From positions 23,927 through 87,926 of the forward strand of contig CAVYQA010000030.1 of the NCBI GenBank assembly GCA_963770495.1: a stretch of DNA of 64,000 nt, in the 5' to 3' direction. Origin of the DNA: Chitinophagales bacterium. GTDB taxonomy: Bacteria > Bacteroidota > Bacteroidia > Chitinophagales > CAVYQA01. Position numbers and translations under genes: made by a program. A model generated the notes under the pieces. The model did no database searches and was not told the origin of the DNA. It saw nothing but the letters and a program-made list of their open reading frames with translations. Below are positions 10,508-22,272 of this stretch, one piece after another. Position 1 is the stretch's first letter. Every line of letters starts with the position of its first letter.

Positions 10508-11622
10508 TGTTTTTCAGGGATGTCATTGGTCAGGACGAGATAAAAAAAAATCTCATTTCATCTGTACAACAGAAAAAAATAAGTCATGCGCAGCTTTTCC
10601 TTGGCAAAGATGGCTATGGCACATTGCCTTTAGCACTGGCATATGCACAATATCTTGCCTGTACTAATCGTAGCGATAACGATTCATGCGGTAAATGTTC
10701 TAACTGCATAAAATCTCAAAAACTTATTCATCCTGATATTCATTATTCCTTTCCTGTTATTAATAAAAAGCCAACTGAAAAACCTTTAAGCTCAGATTTC
10801 ATTGAGGAATGGCGGCAAATTATTCATGCCAATATATATTTTACATATGATGATTGGATGAAAAAAATTGATGCTGAAAATAAGCAGGGATTTATCAGAA
10901 TAGGTGAATCCAGGGACATCATCGTTAAGCTTAAACTTAAAAACTTCGAATCGGAATATAAAATACTCATCATGTGGCGGGTTGAATACCTGAATGCAGA
11001 AGCAGGTAACTCGCTGTTAAAACTTTTAGAAGAACCTCCCCCTAACACAATTTTAATCCTTATCGCCGAGCAATTAGATTTAATTTTAAAAACCATCCAG
11101 TCTCGCACACAACTCGTAAAAATTCCGCGCATTGCTGATAGCGCGCTTATTCACAGCATGGATGATACCGGTTTGCCCGGCTATAAAAAGCAACTACTCC
11201 TTAACTATGCGGAAGGCGATATAATTGCACTTAATTATTTGGTTAATGAATCTATAAATAGTAATGAGCCATTGCTGGAGCTATGGGTGGAACTGGTAAA
11301 AAACCACCCATCTGTTGACGCGGTATCGTGGGTTGAAGACATGGCAAGAATTGGGCGTGAAAAACAAAAATCATTTTGCTTATACGCTTTACATATTCTG
11401 CGCGATGCATTGGTATCAAATTTTATTGAATCCTCTATTGCAAATGATACCCTGACTGTTGAAATATCCGGGGAATTTGATGCTGAACAAATAGAACAGC
11501 TAGTACAGCTTTTTAACGACACCTTTTTTTACGTGGAAAGAAATGCCAACGCAAAAATTAACTTTATGAACCTCGTAATTCGTGCCGGGCGCATTTTACA
11601 ACGAAAATCCGTAGTTTTGTGA
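10507..11622 (+). CDS. holB: DNA polymerase III subunit delta-prime
   Basis: Clamp-loader pattern ISHAQLFLGKDGYGTLPLALAYAQYLAC, Cys cluster CGKCSNC, and ...IQSRTQLV. Confidence 0.85.
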   Translation: MFFRDVIGQDEIKKNLISSVQQKKISHAQLFLGKDGYGTLPLALAYAQYLACTNRSDNDSCGKCSNCIKSQKLIHPDIHYSFPVINKKPTEKPLSSDFIEEWRQIIHANIYFTYDDWMKKIDAENKQGFIRIGESRDIIVKLKLKNFESEYKILIMWRVEYLNAEAGNSLLKLLEEPPPNTILILIAEQLDLILKTIQSRTQLVKIPRIADSALIHSMDDTGLPGYKKQLLLNYAEGDIIALNYLVNESINSNEPLLELWVELVKNHPSVDAVSWVEDMARIGREKQKSFCLYALHILRDALVSNFIESSIANDTLTVEISGEFDAEQIEQLVQLFNDTFFYVERNANAKINFMNLVIRAGRILQRKSVVL

Positions 11623-11689
11623 ACAGTTCCGGCAATCAGATTTCCAGGACTGATTTCATAATTAATTTTATAACTAAGTAATATATATA

Positions 11690-12856
11690 ATGGGTTGCAG
11701 TGGATGTACGATTGGTGTAAGCGGCACGCCGCAGGGTTGCCGCAGTCACGGCTCCTGCAGCACTGGTGGCTGTAATCGCCTTAATACGCTCGATTGGCTG
11801 TCGTTTGTGCCGGCTTATGATACCACCTCTAATCTTTTCGCCGAAGTGAGTTTTAAAAACGGCGCTCATAAAGATTTTTATAAAAATACCAACCGTCTTT
11901 TATTTGACAAGCACGATATGATTGTGGTTGAATCTACATCAAGCGGGTATGATATAGGCGAGGTTTCTCTTATTGGCGAAAGCGCAATATTGCAGATGAA
12001 AAAGAAGAGAATTGCCAATGATTCACCCGACATAAAAACAATAGTTCGTCTTGCAAATGATTTTGATTTGCGCAAGCTGGATGAAGTTCGCCGCCGCGAA
12101 AAAGAAATTATGGTTCGCGCACGTGCTATTGCCCGGCAAATGAATCTTGAAATGAAAATCGGCGACGTGCAGTTCCAGGGTGATGGCAGAAAAGCTACTT
12201 TTTATTACACTGCCGATGGCAGGGTTGATTTTCGTGAGCTGATAAAAGCCTTTGCAAGCGAGTTTAAGGTGAAGATTGAAATGCGGCAGATAGGCGCACG
12301 GCAGGAAGCAGGGCGCGTAGGCGGCATTGGCTCTTGCGGGCGTGAATTGTGTTGCTCTACATGGCTCACCGATTTCAAGTCGGTGTCTACAACGGCAGCC
12401 CGCTATCAAAACCTTGCTATTAACCAGGCAAAATTATCCGGTCAATGCGGCAGGTTAAAATGCTGCCTCAATTATGAATTGGATACTTATATGGAAGCGC
12501 TTAAAGATTTTCCCGAACATGCCGACCGTATTCAAACCCAAAAAGGAACCGCCTACCTCCAAAAGACTGATATTTTCAAAAAGGTGATGTGGTATACTTT
12601 TGCCGAGAGTTCGGTGTTTCACCCCTTGACACCGCAGCGGGTAATAGAAATTCTTGAACTCAATAAGAAAGATATTTTTCCTAATGAACTTGGCGCAATA
12701 CAACAAGAGGTGCAGGCAAAAGAACCCGTGATTGATTATACCGATGTGGTGGGGCAAACCGTATTGGAAAATAAGAGTTCAAAGAATAAGAACAAGCATA
12801 AAAAACGGCGTAATAAGAATAGAAATAAACCGGGGGGAAACAAACCACAGGCATGA
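11690..12856 (+). CDS. PSP1 domain protein (RicT/YaaT-like)
   Basis: Cys-rich N-terminus and a PSP1 core ...GDVQFQGDGRKATFYYTADGRVDFRELIK...GRLKCCLNYE... It has the typical position between holB and gldH. Confidence 0.85.
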   Translation: MGCSGCTIGVSGTPQGCRSHGSCSTGGCNRLNTLDWLSFVPAYDTTSNLFAEVSFKNGAHKDFYKNTNRLLFDKHDMIVVESTSSGYDIGEVSLIGESAILQMKKKRIANDSPDIKTIVRLANDFDLRKLDEVRRREKEIMVRARAIARQMNLEMKIGDVQFQGDGRKATFYYTADGRVDFRELIKAFASEFKVKIEMRQIGARQEAGRVGGIGSCGRELCCSTWLTDFKSVSTTAARYQNLAINQAKLSGQCGRLKCCLNYELDTYMEALKDFPEHADRIQTQKGTAYLQKTDIFKKVMWYTFAESSVFHPLTPQRVIEILELNKKDIFPNELGAIQQEVQAKEPVIDYTDVVGQTVLENKSSKNKNKHKKRRNKNRNKPGGNKPQA

Positions 12857-13368
12857 GGCGTGTACTTTTTTTCATAGCACTTCTTTTTCTTATAATTTCC
12901 TGTACTAAAAATAATGTGTACGAAAACAACCGTCTTATTCCTTCAATAAGCTGGAATGCAAAAGATAAACTGTCTTTCCCGGTTATTATCTCCGATACGT
13001 CGTGTTTATATAATATTTATATCAACATACGCCATACCGAAGATTATTATTATAGGAACATCTGGTTAATGACCTATGCTACTTCTCCCGATGGTAAAAC
13101 CACAAGTGAACGTGTTGAACTTAATCTTGCCGATGAAGAGGGTAAATGGTTTGGACAGGGTGTAAATAATATTTGGGATGCGCGCATCCTGCTTCAAAGC
13201 GATACCCGTCTTAACGAGCCCGGGAAATACATATTTACTCTTGAACAAGACATGCGTGAAGACCCCTTACCCGGCATAATGGCTGTCGGAATAAGAATTG
13301 AAAAACACCCGCGCATAAAAACCACCATGCAATTGCCCAATGATACAGCTGCAATTTCAAATCAATAA
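12853..13368 (+). CDS. gldH: Gliding motility lipoprotein GldH
   Basis: Lipoprotein signal ...LFLIISC, then ...YNIYINIRHTEDYYYRNIWLM...LADEEGKWFGQG... It overlaps the PSP1 gene by 4 nt. Confidence 0.85.
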   Translation: MRRVLFFIALLFLIISCTKNNVYENNRLIPSISWNAKDKLSFPVIISDTSCLYNIYINIRHTEDYYYRNIWLMTYATSPDGKTTSERVELNLADEEGKWFGQGVNNIWDARILLQSDTRLNEPGKYIFTLEQDMREDPLPGIMAVGIRIEKHPRIKTTMQLPNDTAAISNQ

Positions 13369-13381
13369 TATAACGCCCGAT

Positions 13382-15803
13382 TTACCTCAGCAAAGTAATA
13401 TTACCCTTTATAAGGTGAGTGATTTTGTCTACTCCTACATATTGGGCTACATAGACATAAACTCCAATAGGCTCGGGTAATCCGTTGTACATGCCATCCC
13501 ATCCGTTATCAACATCATTGGTTTCAAAAATAAGCTGTCCCCAACGGCTATAGATTCTCAAATCATAAGAAAGAACATTGCTTCCGAAACCTTGAAAAAT
13601 GGCATTCGTTCCTGCACCCGGAGTGAATGCATTGGGAAACTGAATTTCAGGACATTTATCGCCTATTTCTATGCTGTCCTTAGCACTGCAGCCATTTGAA
13701 TCAACTACCGTTACGCTGTATTTACCCGTTGTGGTAACTAAATAGGTTGGAGTTGTTGAGGTAATATTTGTAGCACTGTCAAGCCATAGATAGGAAACAA
13801 AACCCGCACCCGGATTGAGCACCTTGTTAAATGGCTTACAAAGCGCCGTATCATCTCCCAAAGAAATAACAGGCGCAACGGCGCCTCTAACCAGTGCAGA
13901 ATCCGAAGCATGGCAGCCTCCGCTATCCGTAATTGTAACGGAATATAAACCACCTGTCTTTGCAGTGTCGGTTTGAGAAGTAGTGCCATCCTGCCACAAG
14001 TAGGCTATAAAACCATCTCCTGCATTTAATACTACGGCTTTACCAGAACAAATAATAGGGTTACCCAGGTTTATCGAATCTTTGGGATAAATTTTAACAG
14101 TTGAGGTATCCGACCCTTTACATCCGATAGTATCCGTTACTGTTACGTAGTACGTTCCTGCAGAATTAGCATTATATGAGGTAGATGTTGACCCATCCTG
14201 CCACAGGTAAGAAGCATACCCCGTGGGAGCCTGAAGCAATACAGAACTGCCGATGCAAAGAGAGGTATCATCACCTATGTTGAATAGAATTGGTTTTTCT
14301 ACAGTAACCAATACGGTATCACTTTCCAGGCAGCCGTTAGAATCAATAACTGTAACATAATATTTTCCTGTAGTGTCTGCGGTAAAGGTAGAATCAGTGG
14401 AATAGTCCTGCCACAGGTAAGCTACAAAATCACTTCCTGCATTTAATACAACAGATTTTCCGAAACATAAAGTAGTATCATTGCCAAGATTCAGAGTATC
14501 AACATGAACAGTGGAAGGAAGGTTAGTGATAACACCACCCGAATCTCCCGCTGTAGCGTCAAATGAGGTGTTATAACAGGTACTTAAAGGGTTAAGAACT
14601 AATCCCGAAACACCGCCTTTTGCCAGGTAAGTAATGAAAGATGAAGGTGAAGCGCCGCTTGTCCAAAGCAAGCCCCCAGCGCCGCCGCCGCCCGGTCCAT
14701 GACATTCGGTGATAAATATATGATTGTAAGATGAGCCGCCATAACCACCTCTTGTGTTAATAGTAACCGGCGTAGTATAATTAGGAATACTCAAAATTAC
14801 AGAACCGCCTGCACCGCCGCCGCCTGAAGATTCATCTGATGAATATTGAGTAACACTTTGCCCTGTATCAACAATAGTGAAAGAATTTCCATCAAGAGTT
14901 TTAGCTATAATATAAACTATTGCTCCGCCGTTTCCACCGGCTGTAACAGCCTGCCCGTTATCTGCAAGTCCACCACCACCACCGCCACCCATAAAAATTT
15001 TATTGCCCGCATTTGATAACGCTACTCCGCCATATCCCTGTACTCCTGTCGTTCCACAGCCACTGTATTCACTACCACCCATACCGCCTGCTCCATAATT
15101 GCCGCCGCCGCCGCCGCCCGAATTACCGGGCTGTCCTCCACCACCGCCATTTGCCTGCTTGCCCATTCCGCCATTTTCATTAGCTATATATTCAGAAATG
15201 CTTTCACCTTTTTCGCCCCCGCTATACGCATAATAATTAGCATAGAGCAGGTAATAATTATAATCACCACAAATGAAATAAGAGTTTACAAAATTGCCAC
15301 CTATGAATCCCATCTGACTTACATCAATATTCGCCTCCATCGTTAAAGTGCATGTGACCTGAAAAACAAGTACGCCGCCTGTGGAGTCGTTCCAGGGCTG
15401 GCAAGTTAACGTGCCTGTTACAATTGCATTACTATATACAGGAACGGTTATGAGTTGAACATGTCCGGCAACGTCAAAAACGGTAGATAAATTATTTTTA
15501 AAGGAAATGACATTACCTGCTACAGCGTTAATCGTATCAAATTCATAATTACCGGCATTGCCATAGGAAGTAATGTTGCCAAAATTGGTAGTGTTGGATT
15601 GATCTATTGAGGCGCCCTGCATTTCAATAATCAAAACTTTTTCGCCGGCGGTAAATCCCGCAGATGAAACTACCGTAACGCTTGCAGCTCCAATATTGGT
15701 CACAGACGGTGTAGGTATTGATTACACCTGAAATAGTAGTCTGTCCGTTAACAGATATAAAACCAAGTAAACTAAAATAAAAGACAAGTAACAGTTTTTT
15801 CAT
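13382..15803 (-). CDS. Gly-rich secreted protein with gliding-motility-associated (T9SS type B) C-terminal domain, frame-broken near the N-terminus
   Basis: The C-terminus reads ...CPEIQFPNAFTPG...YDLRIYSRWGQLIFET...GWDG...GVYVYV...GNITLLR. The signal peptide MKKLLLVFYFSLLGFISVNGQ is in a different frame (ORF 15624..15821). The frames meet around 15705..15722. Confidence 0.8.
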
Positions 15804-15970
15804 ACTCCCAAAAATAACCAATATTTAGTAATACAAGAGATAAAAATGAAGCCAGATTTATGTTTAAGTTAATATGCTATTATATATTATAAAGCGGAAA
15901 AATGAGCAATTATGCCTTGAATAAGCCCCTTATCACTTTAAACCGTACTTTTGCACCCGAAAAAATTCCT

Positions 15971-17058
15971 ATGACGAACGACCAGCTGAAAGAGTTGAGT
16001 GCAAGGGTGGCTACCCTGAGGAGGTTTCTTTGACGTTGATAATCGCATCTCCAAAATAAAAGAAGACGAACAGAAAACAGGCGATAGCAATTTCTGGAAC
16101 AATCCCAAAACCGCGCAAGCCATTATGAAAGAACTGAAGCTGAATAAGCTTTGGGTGCAAAAATTTAATGTAGCTAATTCAGCCGTTGAGGATGTAAAAG
16201 TTTTAACTGAATTCCGCGATAGTGGCGATGACGTTGACACAGAGCTTAACGCCGCCTATGAAAAGGCTGTTAAAATTGCAGATGATTTAGAGTTTGAAAG
16301 TACTTTCAATAATCCGGAAGACGAGTTGGGCTGTATACTTGAAATAAACGAGCGGCGCAGGTGGCACCGAAAGCCAGGACTGGAGTGAAATGTTGATGCG
16401 CATGTATGTGATGTATGCCGAGAAGCATGGTTTTAAAGTAAGCCAGCTTGATTTGCAGCAGGGCGAAGTAGCTGGTATTAAATCATGCTCGCTTGAAATT
16501 GACGGCGAATTCGCTTATGGCTATTTAAAGGGTGAATCGGGCGTACATCGCCTCGTGCGCATCTCTCCTTTCGACTCGAATCAACGACGACATACATCGT
16601 TTGCCTCTGTATTTGTTTATCCTTTGGTGGATGATACCATCAACATTGAGGTTAATATGGCAGACGTAACCTGGGAAACGTATCGTGCAGGAGGCAAGGG
16701 CGGGCAAAATGTGAACAAGGTTGAAACAGCGGTGCGCCTTTATCATAAGCCATCGGGAATAGTTTTGGAATGCCAGCAGGAACGTTCGCAGGCGCAAAAC
16801 AAAGAGAAGGCATTAAAAATGCTGAAATCAAAATTATATGAACTTGAATTGCGCAAACAAAATGAAGCGCGCGATAAAATAGAATCGGGCAAAAAGAAAA
16901 TTGAGTGGGGCTCGCAAATTCGCAATTATGTTATGCATCCCTATAAATTAGTGAAAGACGTGCGCACCGGCTATGAAACCGGTAACGTGCAAGCCGTTAT
17001 GGATGGCGGTCTTGATGATTTTATAAAGAGCTATATGCTAATGGCGAAAGAACCCTAA
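15971..17058 (+). CDS. prfB: Peptide chain release factor 2, with the programmed +1 frameshift plus one additional unprogrammed frame break
   Basis: The ATG at 15971 gives [20 protein letters not shown], then an in-frame TGA at 16031. The +1 frame continues [14 protein letters not shown]... into ORF 16125..16388. The frame is lost at about 16350 (...[22 protein letters not shown]). ORF 16390..17058 carries [14 protein letters not shown] and the GGQ motif. Confidence 0.9.
16019..16034 (+). promoter_or_regulatory. RF2 programmed +1 frameshift site (AGGAGG-TTT-CTT-TGA-C)
   Basis: An SD-like AGGAGG lies 3 nt before the slippery CTT TGA C. This is the canonical architecture. Confidence 0.85.
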
Positions 17059-17114
17059 TGAGTGCACTTCATGTCTCATGTCCCGTGTCTCATGTCTAAT
17101 AGTCTACTCTTAGT

Positions 17115-19550
17115 CTACTCTTGCTCGTACTTTTCCAAAATTTTCTTCTCCGCCGGGGTAAATGTTTGAGACGCATAATAATCCTGTATCATTTTCTTTT
17201 TATCAGGCTGGTCATAATAATAATCAAGAACCTTTTTTGCGTTACCTGCCAAAATCCAGTTGTGAATTAACGCGGCATCGAATAAGTTTGCAACAATAGC
17301 CGGTGTAAGCACATTCAATTCCTTGATAGCAGCAAGTGCATTCATCCTGGTGCGGAATTCATAGGAGCCGCTGCAGTAATCAGTGAGTTCATTTAAAGCA
17401 GAATCAGCTTCGGGAATGCGTGAGCTTTTATACGCTTTAATCTCAAGCCAAACTGTTCTTAGCCCGTGTTCTATCCCGTAATCATTTTTAGTTTCATCCA
17501 AATATTTTTCAATATTAGACGGATCCTGCTGGCACAATTTTATCAGCGCATCCTGTTCAGTGACATAGGATGAATCATGCAATGCTTTCTCAAAATAAGG
17601 TTGCCAGTGAGGAGTCAAAGAGTCAATTGCATTAATAACAGTTTGCCTGACATTGGCATCTTTATCGCTAAAGGCGCGCTGCAAAACCACAATACTATTC
17701 GGGTCTTTATCTTTAGACAATTGAAGCACGGCTTCTTGCCTGATGCCATAATATTGTTCAAGATTAAATTCGCTTATCAATAAATTTCGTTTCAGGTTAA
17801 TAGAAGAGTCGCGCAGTGCCACCAACGCATCAAACCGGTCAATGGCATGAGGAGCAAAGTGCACCTGGCTTTGCAGTTCTGCAAATGATTTATTGAAACT
17901 AACCGATTTAATTATCCAGCTATCGGGGTCAAACAAAACAAAACTGATTTGCTTTTTAACCGGGATAATTACGGAGTCTTCGGCATGGCTTATCCATTGC
18001 TGAACACTGTCGCGCGAGCCGTCGGCGTAATACACCTCAAAGTTTATGGGCATTTTAAAATATCCCGTAACATCGGTTATTTTTTGTGTTTGCTTCACAT
18101 CAATCACGGCAAAGTTTCCTTCATTTTTTTTCTCAACTTTATATGAAACATCGTAGTGCGGTTCGTCGCCGCGCAACACCCATTCTTTAAAAAACCAATC
18201 CATATCCAAGCCCAACGTATCTTTAAAAGCCTTTTCAAAATCATGTATGTCAACATTGGCATACTTATTATGAATGAGATAGCAATGAATAGCGCGTTTA
18301 AACGCATCGTGACCAATAACATAACTAAGCATATCCAACACGGCAGAACCCTTGTTATAGATGCGCGCTGTTACACCTGCCGTATTGCGAATCGGACCCA
18401 GATCGGTTTTTGATGCATTAATGGCAGCATTTTGTTCTGCTCTCCTGTTCCAGGCATAATAATCTTCGCCTGTGTGTAGTTTTTCACCCTCGTATAATTT
18501 GGCGTAATAGGTGGCAAAACTTTCATGCATCCACATATCCACCCAGCTGCGACAGGTAACATAATCGCCAAACCATTGATGCGTCATTTCATGGGCATCC
18601 ACACCGGAATAGGCGCGGTCAATGGTGCCCCGTTTATCATTAAAATAAAAATCGCCGAATACTGTTGCCGTAGTATTCTCCATCGCCCCGAACACATAAT
18701 TTTCAACCGGCACCTGTGAGTACGATTCCCACGGGTATTTTAATCCTGTTTCACTTTCTAAAAAATCCATCATATCCGTGGCGTGCTCATATGTGGGCTG
18801 CACCCTGTCGGCTTCATCAGGATAATACCAGTAGTACATAGGCACGCCGCCTGATGATTTTGCGGTTTTCACGCCATAGTCGCCTATTGCCAGCATGATG
18901 AGATAGGTTGAGATAGGATGAGATATTCTATAATGCCACGTCTTTGTGCCATCAGCATTCAGCCTCTCTGAAATTTTTGTGCCGTTACTTAATACACTAT
19001 AATTTTTGTCAAACGTCACTATCATCTCAGTTATCATCTTATCATTAGGCTCATCATACATCGGTATCCAGTTGCGGTTGTCGGTGCCTTCACCTTGTGT
19101 CCATATCTGCTTACGCAAAATATTTTTCGGGTCGTTCCACCCATAGAAATAAATTCCCCTGCGTGGCGACAAGGCTTCATAAACAATAGTGATACTGTCC
19201 TGCGTATCCCAATGCAAAACAGGATTGCAATGAATAAATATGCCGCCGGCAGTGGTATCATAAGCGGTGGGTTTACCGTTAAGTGTGCAGGAGAAAAATT
19301 TTATTCCCGGTCCGTTAAGATAAATTGTATCTACACTTTTACGGAGAGGTGTAAAATATTCTGTAACCCTGCCTTTAACCAACGCTTGCTGGGGAACGAA
19401 CGACACTTCCAGCTTAAGCCGTGTAAAATGCACCTGGTGGTTGCGGATATAAGCGGAGGTATCTTTTTGGTAACAGTCTTCAGGAACCTGTGCGCATAAA
19501 GACATTGTGCTGCTCAAAAGAGCAGTCAATAGCAAAATTTTCTTAATCAT
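17115..19550 (-). CDS. M1 family metallopeptidase (aminopeptidase N-like) with C-terminal HEAT-like repeats
   Basis: GAMEN motif (FGAMENTT) and HEMTHQWFGD...x18...E. The likely start is MIKKILLLTALLSS (19550), not the upstream in-frame start at 19580. Confidence 0.9.
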   Translation of the reverse strand: MIKKILLLTALLSSTMSLCAQVPEDCYQKDTSAYIRNHQVHFTRLKLEVSFVPQQALVKGRVTEYFTPLRKSVDTIYLNGPGIKFFSCTLNGKPTAYDTTAGGIFIHCNPVLHWDTQDSITIVYEALSPRRGIYFYGWNDPKNILRKQIWTQGEGTDNRNWIPMYDEPNDKMITEMIVTFDKNYSVLSNGTKISERLNADGTKTWHYRISHPISTYLIMLAIGDYGVKTAKSSGGVPMYYWYYPDEADRVQPTYEHATDMMDFLESETGLKYPWESYSQVPVENYVFGAMENTTATVFGDFYFNDKRGTIDRAYSGVDAHEMTHQWFGDYVTCRSWVDMWMHESFATYYAKLYEGEKLHTGEDYYAWNRRAEQNAAINASKTDLGPIRNTAGVTARIYNKGSAVLDMLSYVIGHDAFKRAIHCYLIHNKYANVDIHDFEKAFKDTLGLDMDWFFKEWVLRGDEPHYDVSYKVEKKNEGNFAVIDVKQTQKITDVTGYFKMPINFEVYYADGSRDSVQQWISHAEDSVIIPVKKQISFVLFDPDSWIIKSVSFNKSFAELQSQVHFAPHAIDRFDALVALRDSSINLKRNLLISEFNLEQYYGIRQEAVLQLSKDKDPNSIVVLQRAFSDKDANVRQTVINAIDSLTPHWQPYFEKALHDSSYVTEQDALIKLCQQDPSNIEKYLDETKNDYGIEHGLRTVWLEIKAYKSSRIPEADSALNELTDYCSGSYEFRTRMNALAAIKELNVLTPAIVANLFDAALIHNWILAGNAKKVLDYYYDQPDKKKMIQDYYASQTFTPAEKKILEKYEQE

Positions 19551-19584
19551 AGTTAAAAATGAGACGCTAAAGTAATGCAAATTG

Positions 19585-20580
19585 TTACTTCTCCCACCAC
19601 TGTGAATTATAATATTCCCCCGTTACCTCAGTAGGCTGTCCGGGGTTTGGCAGGAAAAGTGTAACATTTTTTTCTTCGGCATAAGGTAACAACAGGTCAA
19701 CCGGTTCCCTCCAGGCATGAAGCGACAGGTTAAACGTGCCCCAATGTATGGGCATCATCACTTTTCCGCGTAAGGCTAAATTTGCATTAACAGCATTTAT
19801 AGGCCCCATGTGTATATCGGGCCAATACTCCCCATAAGCGCCAATCTCAAGCATGGTAAGATCAAACGGACCAAAGGCATCGCCAATATCCTTAAACCCG
19901 TCATACCAGCCGGAGTCAGCTCCGAAAAAGATAGTGTGACTGCTGCTTTTTATCACAAAAGATGACCAAAGCGTTTGACTACGGTTAATAATACCTCTCC
20001 CGGAAAAATGCCGTGCCGGTGTTGCCGTTATTTTTAATTTGTTAGCTATAATCGTACTATCTGTCCAATCCATTTCCGTTATCCTTCTTTTTGAAACTCC
20101 CCATCTTTCTATATACTCCCCAACACCAAGCGAACAATAAAAAGGTGTGGTTAAGTGTGCCAATTTTTTAATGGTTTCTTTATCCAGATGGTCATAATGG
20201 TCGTGAGAAAGAATGATGACATCTAACGGTGGCAATTGTTCCAATGGCAACGGCGGAGGGAAAAACCGTTTCGGACCTATAAAAGACAGAAAAGATGCGC
20301 GTTTACTCCATACCGGGTCGGTTAAAATTTTAAAACCGTCAATTTCTATCAGCAAACTGGAGTGCCCGATCCAGGTAATTCGTAACCCATTCGTGGCAGG
20401 AGTATTATAAATAGCGGGATTGGTTTTAAAATCAGGTAGTTTGTGCTTAGGAACAACTTCAGCTTTATTTTTTAAATATTTACCCCATATTTTAAAGAAC
20501 GACCCCGGTTTCAGAGTTGTGGTTGGTACAGGGTTTAGAAATACTTTTCCCTTCTTCTCGGCGTGCTTAAGTGTGGTCAT
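19585..20580 (-). CDS. MBL-fold metallo-hydrolase
   Basis: ITWIGHSSLLIEIDG...ILSHDHYDHLD. Confidence 0.85.
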   Translation of the reverse strand: MTTLKHAEKKGKVFLNPVPTTTLKPGSFFKIWGKYLKNKAEVVPKHKLPDFKTNPAIYNTPATNGLRITWIGHSSLLIEIDGFKILTDPVWSKRASFLSFIGPKRFFPPPLPLEQLPPLDVIILSHDHYDHLDKETIKKLAHLTTPFYCSLGVGEYIERWGVSKRRITEMDWTDSTIIANKLKITATPARHFSGRGIINRSQTLWSSFVIKSSSHTIFFGADSGWYDGFKDIGDAFGPFDLTMLEIGAYGEYWPDIHMGPINAVNANLALRGKVMMPIHWGTFNLSLHAWREPVDLLLPYAEEKNVTLFLPNPGQPTEVTGEYYNSQWWEK

Positions 20581-20606
20581 GGTTAAAGATAATGATAAAA
20601 GAATAC

Positions 20607-20933
20607 CTACTTACGTACTATGACGTATACATCTTCATTATCTTTTTTCATGTAGTATTTTTCGCGGGCGAATTTTTCAAGCGAGGCGGGACTGGCAAAC
20701 AATTGCTGCTTTTGCTGGTTGAGTTTTTGTATTTTATCCGTATAAAATTTCTTTTTTTGCTCCATGCGGTAAACCTGCGCTCTTAATTTTATTTGCGAGA
20801 TAACATCGTTTTTATCAAAAAACAGCATCCAGATAAAAAAAGCAATCAGCGTAACGTAATACTTGTTCTTTAGCAATAGAGAGAGATTGCCGCTTTTTAG
20901 CTGCGAGATAATATTGGAGAGAAATCGTTTCAT
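20607..20933 (-). CDS. Septum formation initiator (FtsB/DivIC-like) family protein
   Basis: 108 aa with one TM segment and a coiled coil. It lies directly downstream of eno, the usual synteny. Confidence 0.65.
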   Translation of the reverse strand: MKRFLSNIISQLKSGNLSLLLKNKYYVTLIAFFIWMLFFDKNDVISQIKLRAQVYRMEQKKKFYTDKIQKLNQQKQQLFASPASLEKFAREKYYMKKDNEDVYVIVRK

Positions 20934-20966
20934 GTCAACCCGCTACCTTTTAAGCAGTAACAAAAT

Positions 20967-22265
<1,299 letters not shown>

Positions 22266-22272
22266 TTAATGG

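Noticed and set aside
16125-17058. Two separate genes (87 aa and 222 aa).
   Set aside because: Both are pieces of prfB. Together with the short 5-prime ORF from 15971 they form RF2.
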